A stretch of DNA of 48,572 nucleotides from Candidatus Sumerlaeia bacterium (GTDB lineage: Bacteria > Sumerlaeota > Sumerlaeia > SLMS01 > JANRJK01), in assembly GCA_033764015.1 (NCBI GenBank), contig JANRJK010000022.1, forward strand, positions 1-48,572. The letters run 5' to 3'. Shown piece after piece: positions 9,501 to 16,545 of the stretch. The stretch's first letter is position 1; every line of letters begins with the position of its first letter. The notes beneath the pieces are model-generated. The model did no database searches. It worked only from the letters and a program-made list of their open reading frames with translations, and had not been told where the DNA came from. The translations under genes were made by a program, and so were the position numbers.

Positions 9501-10334
9501 ACCCGCTTCGTCGAGGTGTTCGAGCAGCGCGCCCGCGAACTGAAGTCCGACTTCGTCATCACGGACCTCACGAAGGGCTTCGACTTCAGCGACGCCGTCG
9601 TCGGCGGCCGCTTCGCCCAGGACACGGACGAGTTCGGCAATATCTACGAAACCCTCCCGGAGGACGCGAACCGCGCGAACCTCCTGAAGGGCAGCACGAA
9701 CCTCGGCTTCACGTTCCTCAACAACGGCTCGCCGATCTCGCTCAACCTGCGCGCCCTCGAGGCTGCCGGCGTGATCAACATCACCAACGCGCCGAACGTC
9801 ACCACGCTCAACGGCGAGACGGTGGACTTCATCATCGAACGCGAGCTCGGCCTGCGCCAGCCGCGGCAGGGCTCGACCGGCACCGGCGCCAACGCCTTCA
9901 CCGCGGTCGCCGCGGAAACACCGGTGGACCTGTCGCTCACCCCGACAATCACCGCGGGCGGCGCGATCACGATCGAGATCGAAGTCGAGATCCGCGACCG
10001 CGAAACAAACCTCGGAAACAATCTCACGCTCGGCGCCACGGCGGCGGACGGCGGCACGACGGACGACACGGCCATCGCCCGCGCGCAGGGAATCAGCGCG
10101 TCGCTGAACTACGCGATCCTCCGCAAGGACCTCAACACGACCGCCCGCATCAAGGACGGCGGCACGGTGATCCTCGGCGGCTGGATCTCGACTCGCGGCG
10201 AGGACTTCGACTCCGGCGTCCCCCTGCTCCGCGACATTCCCTTCCTCGGAAAGCTCTTCTTCAGCCGCGAGCAGAAGAAGGACGAGAAGGTCACCCTCAA
10301 CATCTTCCTCACCGGCAACATCCTCCGCGACTAA
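6585..10334 (+). CDS. Large lipoprotein secretin (PilQ/GspD family) with N-terminal TPR repeats and a Pro/Ala/Lys/Thr-rich linker
   Basis: Lipobox-like AFTLSC; TPR motifs (ALALDPSS, ILSVDPRH, EAISPND); secretin core QVNMETRFVEV, NAPNVTTLNG, TTARIKDGGTVILGG and GVPLLRDIPFLGKLFFS; AGGAG RBS. Confidence 0.9.
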   Translation: MNQPSTKRCLSALGRSAAVATLAFTLSCATSSKSGETATGGSAATAASAARASQPVRDEVNRRLKDARRSISAKNYADARRHLAAAKLAAGQTDMAADVARVERELADAENAQAGARNADQVGALVDQGRQHLGQDKFELARASGEKALALDPSSRSAKRLLDDVAKAELEFRDEQARAELNRRADAAKAMEARGETAKAEAEYRSILSVDPRHPAAVRQLRKIEDAREDASEAQLAQHLDAARDALRADDYAKARAELAKAEAISPNDRSVRGLKADIAKEAAKPAATPKPTPAPREVAQATPRPTPAPKATPAPAAKLEPAKTEAPKAAATPKATPAPKATPAPKPTPAPKAEAPRDEAKEPAAAKTEHAAKAAEQDKAKERESREARDRAERIFEEGMTLYRQENLAQARDRWREAASEDPSYQRPVEMLAQTEADFNALLAKEEAAAQFEQNEAAAQEMLSTLISVETTEPKPLADFLNDLRLLSGMNFVISGGIDTRVEAAFEDQTLRRVLDSVLLPIGLKWDRKPGEMIVQVTSDLRTEVFSLTPEQLANVDSLLENGSLGRILYGPAGKAPLEGQEVYVDDRQSVVVITDSPSNIDKFRQFLDTLREAQPQSLVFRSFSIQGDKAEDIRSLVSAILSVDGKSPFDPERRLIVDGDTLIIKDSAANIARAEELLSDRNFLNQFYSDKLSVATFNLTPAIEFEDNPDLARAFGDQVRTVVETLLYSQEGRRNAEREGRRLWWDPATLQLTITDYPDNIANVQRFVESLPQIRSKRRSKPFFLKWQSAEEVAGDLERFLGIAEAADSGGGATGNTLTRSVSVNDDFEFNGAFFRVSRVEENNVADENDDAVELVVRTGTTSQDVTIEEFRSEFVEDFEVVADDVRPSATPGQGRARITVRYAPGGDAAQAEETPEPTPVPQAEREGVQIDTVPRLSLLFVQYDTAEQLQEVEYWIQTLDVPTLQVNMETRFVEVFEQRARELKSDFVITDLTKGFDFSDAVVGGRFAQDTDEFGNIYETLPEDANRANLLKGSTNLGFTFLNNGSPISLNLRALEAAGVINITNAPNVTTLNGETVDFIIERELGLRQPRQGSTGTGANAFTAVAAETPVDLSLTPTITAGGAITIEIEVEIRDRETNLGNNLTLGATAADGGTTDDTAIARAQGISASLNYAILRKDLNTTARIKDGGTVILGGWISTRGEDFDSGVPLLRDIPFLGKLFFSREQKKDEKVTLNIFLTGNILRD
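7582..7646 (+). repeat. 18-bp tandem repeat encoding PKATPA-type units in the secretin linker
   Basis: cgccgaaggccaccccgg is exact at 7582-7599 and 7600-7617, followed by degenerate copies. Confidence 0.85.
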
Positions 10335-10366
10335 CCGGCGGAGCGCCGGACTGCACGCTCAACCAT

Positions 10367-10404
10367 GGGGCGGCGGGTATACAGCCCGCCGCCCCGCTTC
10401 GTTT
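10367..10404 (+). terminator. Putative intrinsic terminator after the secretin gene
   Basis: Stem ggggcggcggg (10367-10377) / cccgccgcccc (10385-10395) followed by a weak U-tract, gcttcgttt. Confidence 0.6.
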
Positions 10405-10469
10405 GCACCGGCATGGAACACGCCTACCCCGGACTGCCCCCCGCAGCCCCGGAACCGATCGGTGCCCCC

Positions 10470-12131
10470 ATGTCCTCCCGCATCAACCCTTCCCGCGCCG
10501 CGAAGGCTCTCCTCGCCGCCGCGTCCTTGTTCGTTTTCGTACCCGCCGCGCACGCGGTCGTCCACTCACGGACACCGGCGCAGATCCCGATGCGCGATGC
10601 CCAGTCGCTCGCCGCCGATGTCTACCTCCCCCCGGGCGAAGGCCCCTGGCCGACGGTCCTGATCCAGACGCCCTACGAGAAATTCTTCTACATCCCCGTC
10701 TTCACGACGGAGTTCGCCCGCGATCCGCTGCTGAAAAGCCCCGACTACGCCTTCGTCACGCTCGACTGGCGGGGTTTCGGCGACTCCGCCGGCGCGGCCT
10801 ACCAAGGCGCGCCGACGCGCGGCGAGGATGGCTTCGACGCGGTCGGCTGGATCGCTTCGCAACCCTGGAGCGACGGCCAGGTGGCCACTTGGGGAGCCTC
10901 CGCGCTCGGCACCGTGCAGCTCATGACCGCGCTCCAGCGCCCGCCCGCCTTGCGCGCCTGCGTCCCGATGGTCTGCCACTACGGGGAACGCTACGGCATC
11001 TGGTACCGCGGCGGCGTGTACTACAAGAACCGCAACGACTTCGTCGCCGACTTCTACGGCTTCGGCGACATCTTCCGGGACCGGCCGCTGCGCAATTTCT
11101 TCTGGGATGCCACCGAGGCGGCGATCCCTTCGTTCGATGGGATCGAGACGCCGATGCTCTTCGTCAGCGGCTGGTACGACCATGAAACGCAGGCGACGAT
11201 CGACGAGTTCGCCCGGCTCCGCGCGGCGCAGGGGCCGGGTTCGCCGACGCGCCTCCTGATCGGACCGTGGAGCCACAGCGCCATCGACCGGACGGAGCAG
11301 GGCCAGCGCGCCTACCCGGCCGCGGAATTCGCGTCCTCCACAGCTGCGCTCGCCTTCTTCGACCGGCACCTGCGCGGTGCCGGCGGCGCGGCGACGGCGC
11401 CGGTCACGTTGTTCCAAATGAACGAGGACCGATGGCTCGCCTTCGATTCGTGGCCGCCCACGGGGACCCAGTCCGCGGCGATGCACCTCGCGGAGGGCGG
11501 CTTGCTCGCGGACGCGCCGGGCGCCAGCGCCACCGTGTCCTATGCGTCCGACCCGCTCACCCCGGTTCCTTCGCTGTTCGGGGCGATCCTGCGGGAGGAA
11601 ACGGGAGGCACGCAGGGCCCGGGCGACCTGTCGCCGCTTGTCGGAAGGGCCGACACGCTCTACTTCGAGACCGCGCCGCTGGCGGAGCCGCTCCGCCTGG
11701 CGGGCTCGCAGCGGGCGGTGCTCAGGATCTCAGCGGACGCGCCCGATGTCGACCTGGCGGTGCGCCTGGTGGAAGTTCCGCCGGGCGGCGAGCGCTTCCT
11801 GGTCGCGGAGGGGATGCGGCGCGCGTCGCTGCGGGACTCGTTCGAGGCGAAGGCCCTGCTCCAGCCCGGCGACCCCGTCGAGGTCGCTGTCGCGACCGAG
11901 CCGACCATGGCGACGATCCCGGCGGGGCACCGGCTCGGCGTGCTGGTCGCCTCGACGAACTTCGACCTGTTCGAGCCGAATCCGCAGGACGGGAGCGACT
12001 ACCTGGATTCGCCGGGCGCCGCGCCCCGGGGCGCCGCGGTGGAGCTGCGCGTGGGCGGGGCGGACGGCTCCCGGCTGGAGCTGTCGGTGCTGCCGCAGGG
12101 CTCCGCGGTCGACGGATGGATGCTCTTCTAG
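10470..12131 (+). CDS. Secreted CocE/NonD family hydrolase (peptidase S15 plus PepX_C domain)
   Basis: Signal peptide ending AHA; motifs IPMRD, TPY, DWRGFGDS, WSDGQV, nucleophile GASALG, GWYD and IGPWSH. ATG at 10470 preferred because it gives a clean signal peptide. Confidence 0.9.
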   Translation: MSSRINPSRAAKALLAAASLFVFVPAAHAVVHSRTPAQIPMRDAQSLAADVYLPPGEGPWPTVLIQTPYEKFFYIPVFTTEFARDPLLKSPDYAFVTLDWRGFGDSAGAAYQGAPTRGEDGFDAVGWIASQPWSDGQVATWGASALGTVQLMTALQRPPALRACVPMVCHYGERYGIWYRGGVYYKNRNDFVADFYGFGDIFRDRPLRNFFWDATEAAIPSFDGIETPMLFVSGWYDHETQATIDEFARLRAAQGPGSPTRLLIGPWSHSAIDRTEQGQRAYPAAEFASSTAALAFFDRHLRGAGGAATAPVTLFQMNEDRWLAFDSWPPTGTQSAAMHLAEGGLLADAPGASATVSYASDPLTPVPSLFGAILREETGGTQGPGDLSPLVGRADTLYFETAPLAEPLRLAGSQRAVLRISADAPDVDLAVRLVEVPPGGERFLVAEGMRRASLRDSFEAKALLQPGDPVEVAVATEPTMATIPAGHRLGVLVASTNFDLFEPNPQDGSDYLDSPGAAPRGAAVELRVGGADGSRLELSVLPQGSAVDGWMLF

Positions 12132-12140
12132 GAGGAGCGG

Positions 12141-13208
12141 TCAGTTGCGCTCGGCGGCGAAGCGCTCGCGGAGGAACACCGCCCGGGACACGTCGCGCGC
12201 CTCCACGTCGTCCGGCGGCGCGTCGGCGTAGCGCCGACCGAGATGCGCCGGCTGGATGACGATGAAGAGGCGGTTCAGCTCCTCGTGCGTGAGCGAGCGG
12301 AAGTAGCCGCGGTCGATGCCGAGGCGCAGGCGCGACAGCAGCGCCATGGCCTCCTTGGAGTTCATCCGCCGGGCGTTCGTGAGGACGCCGTAGCTGCGCC
12401 AGATGGAGTCGTCGAGGAGCGGCGCCTTGTCGCGGAAGAGCGTGGCGCGCGCCTCCTCCTCGCGCTCGATCAGCCGCGTGATCATGGCGCCGAGGGCGCG
12501 GAGGATCTCCTCGACGGAGCGCCCGAGCGTGACCTCGTTGCTGAACTGGTAGAAGTCGCCGAGGAACTCGCTGTTCTCGCCGTTGAATCCTCGCACCGCG
12601 AGACCGTGCTGGCCGAGCATGCCGAACAGGTCCTCGACCTCGCGCAGCAGCGTGAGCGCCGGGAGGTGCAGCATGACGCTGGCGCGGAGCCCCGTGCCGA
12701 CGTTCGACGGGCAGGCGGTGAGGTAGCCGAAGCGCTTGTGGATCGCGAAGGGGAGGGCGGCGCCGAGGGCCTCCTCGAGGCCCGAGGCCCGGGCGAGGCA
12801 CTTGTCGAGCTGCAGCCCCGGCTCGATGCACTGGATGCGCAGGTGGTCCTCCTCGTTCACCATCACGGACGCCTTGCGGTCGCGGGCGAAGAAGACTGCG
12901 CGGCCGGGCGCGGCGCGCTCCATCTCCTTGCTGATGAGCCGGGTCTCCTTGAGCAGGGCGCGCTCCGCGGCGCCGAGCTCCGCGAGGTCGAGCCTGTCGA
13001 ACTCGGCGAAGGCGGGGATCGCCGCGGCGGCGTCGAGGACGCGGGCGCGGATCTTCTCGAGCGATTCGCGCGGCGCGTGCGGCGCGAAGCGCGAGCCGGC
13101 GAGGTTGCGCGCGAACCGGATCCGCGAGGAGAGCACCACGTGCGGACAGGGCGCGGCGCCGGTGAGCCAGCCGGCCTCGAGGAGGGAGCCGCCGTCGCCG
13201 CCGCTCAT
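12141..13208 (-). CDS. mcsB: Protein arginine kinase McsB
   Basis: VVLSSRIRFARNL, VMVNEEDHLRIQ, GYLTACPSNVGTGLRASVMLHLPAL and FYQFSNEVTLG; ATGA overlap with mcsA at 13205-13208. Confidence 0.95.
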   Translation of the reverse strand: MSGGDGGSLLEAGWLTGAAPCPHVVLSSRIRFARNLAGSRFAPHAPRESLEKIRARVLDAAAAIPAFAEFDRLDLAELGAAERALLKETRLISKEMERAAPGRAVFFARDRKASVMVNEEDHLRIQCIEPGLQLDKCLARASGLEEALGAALPFAIHKRFGYLTACPSNVGTGLRASVMLHLPALTLLREVEDLFGMLGQHGLAVRGFNGENSEFLGDFYQFSNEVTLGRSVEEILRALGAMITRLIEREEEARATLFRDKAPLLDDSIWRSYGVLTNARRMNSKEAMALLSRLRLGIDRGYFRSLTHEELNRLFIVIQPAHLGRRYADAPPDDVEARDVSRAVFLRERFAAERN

Positions 13209-13780
13209 GCGTCCGCCTCCGGGAGGGCTTCCCCGCCGAGCGGGCGGCGCAGCTCCTCGGTCGTCTTCTTGATTTCGTCGCGCAGGAAGGCCGCGCGCTC
13301 GAAGTCCTCGTTCTCGATGCAGTCCTGGAGCTCCGACCGCATCGCCTCCAGCTTGCGGCGCAGGTCCGGCTGCGCGCTCGGCGCGGGGGGCGCCCAGCCC
13401 ACGTGCGCGTCGGTGCCCTGGCAGCGGCGGATGTCCTCGAGCAGCGGGTCGCCGAAGGCGTCGTAGCACTCGGGGCATCCGAGCATGCCGGAGGCCTTGT
13501 ACTCGACGAAGCTGAGGTCGCACGCGGCGCAGGCCACCGCCTCGATTTCCGCCGGCGCATCCTCGCCCGCCTCCGCCTGCGACGCCTGGGCGAGCTGCTG
13601 CTTCAACAGGTCCTCGAGCACCTGCGCCACGGTGGGCTTCGCCATCATCTTGGCGATGTAGGGCGAATGCTCGGCGGCGCACTGCTGGCAGACCAGGCGC
13701 TCTTCGGCGACACCGGACCCGCGCTCGATGATGGTGATCTTGAAGGAGACCTCGTGCTTGCCGCACTTCGTGCACTTCAT
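13205..13780 (-). CDS. mcsA: McsA, McsB activator (Zn-finger plus UVR domain)
   Basis: Four CxxC motifs (CTKC, CQQC, CAAC, CPEC); C-terminal UVR motif ENEDFERAAFLRDEIK; coupled to mcsB. Confidence 0.93.
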   Translation of the reverse strand: MKCTKCGKHEVSFKITIIERGSGVAEERLVCQQCAAEHSPYIAKMMAKPTVAQVLEDLLKQQLAQASQAEAGEDAPAEIEAVACAACDLSFVEYKASGMLGCPECYDAFGDPLLEDIRRCQGTDAHVGWAPPAPSAQPDLRRKLEAMRSELQDCIENEDFERAAFLRDEIKKTTEELRRPLGGEALPEADA

Positions 13781-13826
13781 GGCTGGCCGGCTTTCCCCCG
13801 CCGCGGTGAGGCGCGGCTCGATGGAT

Positions 13827-13855
13827 AGGCTGCCCGCGGCGACGATGAAAAGCAA
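13827..13855 (-). promoter_or_regulatory. Putative sigma70-type promoter of mcsA-mcsB (TTGCTT-N17-CAGCCT)
   Basis: Hexamers are exactly 17 bp apart, about 45 nt upstream of the mcsA ATG. Confidence 0.5.
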
Positions 13856-13867
13856 GGGAAGGCCTTT

Positions 13868-13898
13868 GGCCCCCGTTGATCCCGCCCGCGCGGCGGGC
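13868..13898 (+). repeat. Left copy of a perfect 31-bp direct repeat flanking the AbiF cassette
   Basis: ggcccccgttgatcccgcccgcgcggcgggc is identical to 14945-14975. Confidence 0.97.
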
Positions 13899-13902
13899 GG
13901 AG

Positions 13903-13930
13903 TTGACAGGCCGCCGGAGCGTGGTAGGGT
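13903..13930 (+). promoter_or_regulatory. Putative sigma70 promoter of the AbiF cassette (TTGACA-N16-TAGGGT, extended -10 TG)
   Basis: Perfect TTGACA at 13903-13908, TG at 13922-13923 and TAGGGT at 13925-13930, starting 4 nt inside the left repeat. Confidence 0.7.
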
Positions 13931-13935
13931 CGCTT

Positions 13936-13996
13936 CAACAACACCCCCCACGCCTCGGGCCGCAAGGCACTGCGCACCATGGGGGGTTGCTTCTTT
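13936..13996 (+). ncRNA. Candidate structured leader RNA or RNA antitoxin of AbiF
   Basis: 8-bp closing stem acccccca (13943-13950) / tggggggt (13980-13987) encloses a gcc-GCAA-ggc GNRA hairpin and is followed by U-rich tgcttcttt; lies between the promoter and the AbiF gene. Confidence 0.6.
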
Positions 13997-14044
13997 GCGC
14001 GGGCAGTCGGCGCCCACTGCCCCGGCGGCCGGGAGCGACCAACG

Positions 14045-14956
14045 GTGGCGGAGTTCTCCAAGACGCCGAAGACGCACGAGGAGCAGCTGGCCATCCTCGA
14101 GGGCAGGGGGCTGCGGGTGGCGGACCGCGAGTCCGCGCTGCACCGCCTGGCGCACATCAACTACTACAGGCTGTCGGCGTACCGCCTTCCCCTCACGGCG
14201 CCCGGCGAGCCGGACCGGTTCCGGCCCGGCGCGGCGTTCGAGGACCTCTGCCGTCTCTACGATTTCGACCAATCGCTACGGAGGATCGTGCTGGACGCCT
14301 CGGAGCGCGTGGAGGTCTCTGTGCGCGCCTCCTGGGCGTACGCGCTGGCGCATCGCCACGGAGCGTTCGCATACGAAGACCCGGGGCTCTTCAGGTCGGC
14401 GGAGGAGCATGCGGCGCTGCTGCGGAGGCTTGATGAGGAGCTTGAGAGGAGCCGCGAGGAGTTCGTCGCGCACTTCCGGTCGAAGCACGGTCTCCGGAGG
14501 CCACCGGTCTGGGCCGCCTCCGAGGTGCTTTCCTTCGGCCTCGCCTCCCGTTTCCTCTCCGAACTGAAGCACTCGGCGGACCGCCAGGAGGTGGCGCGGG
14601 GCTACGGCTTGGACGAGCGGATCCTCGTCTCCTTCCTTCACCACCTGACCGTCGTGCGGAACCACGCGGCGCACCACGCCCGCCTCTGGAACAGGCGCTT
14701 CGCGATCACCTTTCAAATCCCGAGGCGCCCGGAACGGCTTCGCGCCAGCCTCAACCCCGACCCCGTCGGCACGAGGCGCGTATACAACACGTTGGCGATG
14801 CTCGTCGAGTTGGCCGGATCCATCGATCCGGAGTATGAACTGCGCCCCGCTTTGCTGGAGCTCCTGCGCCGCCTCGCGCCGGAGGAGCATGGGCTGATGG
14901 GGTTTCCCCCGGATTGGGAAAGCCGCCCAATCTGGAATCCGCGCGGCCCCCGTTGA
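14045..14956 (+). CDS. Abi family protein (AbiD/AbiF, Abi_2-like), HEPN RNase toxin
   Basis: KT.EEQL.IL..RGL, INYYRLSAY, LYDFDQSLR, PPVWAASEVLSFG, HEPN RxxxxH (VRNHAAHHARLWNR) and MGFPPDWE; GGGAG RBS before GTG at 14045. Confidence 0.92.
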   Translation: MAEFSKTPKTHEEQLAILEGRGLRVADRESALHRLAHINYYRLSAYRLPLTAPGEPDRFRPGAAFEDLCRLYDFDQSLRRIVLDASERVEVSVRASWAYALAHRHGAFAYEDPGLFRSAEEHAALLRRLDEELERSREEFVAHFRSKHGLRRPPVWAASEVLSFGLASRFLSELKHSADRQEVARGYGLDERILVSFLHHLTVVRNHAAHHARLWNRRFAITFQIPRRPERLRASLNPDPVGTRRVYNTLAMLVELAGSIDPEYELRPALLELLRRLAPEEHGLMGFPPDWESRPIWNPRGPR

Positions 14957-14975
14957 TCCCGCCCGCGCGGCGGGC
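14945..14975 (+). repeat. Right copy of the 31-bp direct repeat; contains the AbiF stop codon
   Basis: Identical to 13868-13898; TGA at 14954-14956 lies inside it. Confidence 0.97.
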
Positions 14976-14981
14976 TAGCTT
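14953..14981 (+). promoter_or_regulatory. Putative sigma70 promoter of the 15018 gene (TTGATC-N17-TAGCTT)
   Basis: The -35 box and the full 17-bp spacer are inside the right repeat; the -10 box starts at the first base after it; AAGGAGG RBS follows. Confidence 0.65.
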
Positions 14982-15017
14982 CGCCCGGTTGCGATCCCGA
15001 AGGAGGCCCTACCGCCG

Positions 15018-16535
15018 ATGACCCGCCGCCCGTTCCAAGCGACCGCGTTCTTCGCGGCGGGCTGCCTCGGGACGCTGGCGCTGTTCCTGCCGCGCGAGGC
15101 GCCCGCGGCGGCCGCGTGGGCGCTCGCGGCGGCGGCGGGGCTGTCGCTCGCGGGCCTGCTCGGCGACGCGCTGCTGCAGCGGTGGCTCCGCGACCACTGG
15201 GGGCAGCCGGTCACCCCGGGGGATTTCCTGCGGCAATGCGCGCCGGGGCTCGTGGCGCGCGTCTCCTTCTCCGCGGCGGCGGTGCTCGCGTTGATGGGCG
15301 CGCGCTCGCTGCTGGTGGCGGAGTTCGCGCCGGTCCTGTTGGCGGCCGCGGGTGGCGCCGCGGCCGTGTCCCTGCTGGCGTGGCTGGCCGGCGTGGCGCT
15401 CGCGGCGAAGCGGGAGGGGCGCGCCGCCGATCCGTACTGGGCCGCGGGCACGCACGCGGGTCTCGGCGCGGAGCTGCGCGCGGCGCTCGATTTCCAGCGC
15501 GTCGTGGGTCCCCGCCTGGCGGGCGCGCTGGCCAAGCTCGCCGCGGTCTGGTTCGGCGGCATGGCGGCGGACGCGGTGCTCTTCATCCTGCTGCTGCTGC
15601 TCGCGCAGTTCATCCACGACGGCGCGCTTTCGGCGCCGGTGCCGGGGCGCGGGGAATTCTTCTTCCAGATCGCCTACGCCGTGGCGCTCGGCTTCGCGGC
15701 GCTGCTTTCCGCATCGGTGCTGCTGGCGGGGATGATCGAGGTGGCCATCGCGCGCAAGACGGGGCGCCCTCCGCGCACCGGCACCGGCGAGCTGCTCGGG
15801 CGCGCGCTCGAAGCGGTCGGCATCGGGCCGACGTTCCTTTGGGGCGCGCTGCTCGGCGGCGTGGGCGCGCTCGCGCTCGGCGCGACGTTCGGGCGCCTGC
15901 GTCCCGCGCTGCTGGCGGAGGGGCTTTCCGCGCAGTCGGCGGACCTCGCGGCGCTCGGCGCGTTCCTGGCCGCGGTGTGCGCGGTGGCGCTGGCGCACCT
16001 GTACGCGCCCGCGGTCTTCGCGCGGCGCGACTGCGGCTGGGCGGCCGCGCTGCAGGCGAGCGTTTCCCTCGCGGGCTACGACGGTTGGCGCGCGCCGCTG
16101 CGGCTCGCGGTCGCGGGCGCCTGGCTGCTGTCGATCATCCGCGCCCCGGCGGGGCTGCACCTGCTGCTGTCGCCGCTGGACGGGCGCGAGGTGCTGCTCG
16201 GGCTGCTGCTCGGGGAGAAGACCGCGGGCGAGCCGCGCACCGCGCTGCGGGACCTGGCGCAGGACCGCCCCGACGCGCTCCGCAAGCCCTACGCGCTCCT
16301 CGAAGCGGGCAGGCACCTCGAAGCGCTCAACGCCTTCCAGCTCCACCTGCACCGGAACCGCACCGACGTGGACGCGATGCGGGGCCAGTGCCTCGCGCTG
16401 GTCGCGCTGGGCAACGCGCCGATGGCGCGGGAAAAGCTCTCGCTGTGGCAGTCGCTCGCGCCGGAGGACCCGGAGCCGGCGCGGCTCCTCGCGCAGGTCG
16501 AGGCGCGCGGGCGGCCCGTGGACCGCCCGCGCTGA
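15018..16535 (+). CDS. Polytopic membrane protein with a C-terminal TPR-like domain
   Basis: About 10 hydrophobic segments; C-terminal TPR-like helices (LLEAGRHLEAL, WQSLAPEDPE); AAGGAGG RBS. Confidence 0.7.
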   Translation: MTRRPFQATAFFAAGCLGTLALFLPREAPAAAAWALAAAAGLSLAGLLGDALLQRWLRDHWGQPVTPGDFLRQCAPGLVARVSFSAAAVLALMGARSLLVAEFAPVLLAAAGGAAAVSLLAWLAGVALAAKREGRAADPYWAAGTHAGLGAELRAALDFQRVVGPRLAGALAKLAAVWFGGMAADAVLFILLLLLAQFIHDGALSAPVPGRGEFFFQIAYAVALGFAALLSASVLLAGMIEVAIARKTGRPPRTGTGELLGRALEAVGIGPTFLWGALLGGVGALALGATFGRLRPALLAEGLSAQSADLAALGAFLAAVCAVALAHLYAPAVFARRDCGWAAALQASVSLAGYDGWRAPLRLAVAGAWLLSIIRAPAGLHLLLSPLDGREVLLGLLLGEKTAGEPRTALRDLAQDRPDALRKPYALLEAGRHLEALNAFQLHLHRNRTDVDAMRGQCLALVALGNAPMAREKLSLWQSLAPEDPEPARLLAQVEARGRPVDRPR

Positions 16536-16545
16536 CCCCGGACCG

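Larger units (their letters stand above)
13868..14975 (+). mobile_element. Minimal inserted defence cassette (promoter + structured RNA + AbiF gene) bounded by 31-bp direct repeats; no recombinase encoded
   Basis: Deleting 1077 bp (one repeat plus the interior) would leave a single intact promoter in front of the gene at 15018. Confidence 0.75.

Noticed and set aside
13868..14975. The 31-bp repeats as a mini CRISPR array or IS ends
   Set aside because: There are only two copies, about 1 kb apart and in direct orientation, with no cas or transposase gene.
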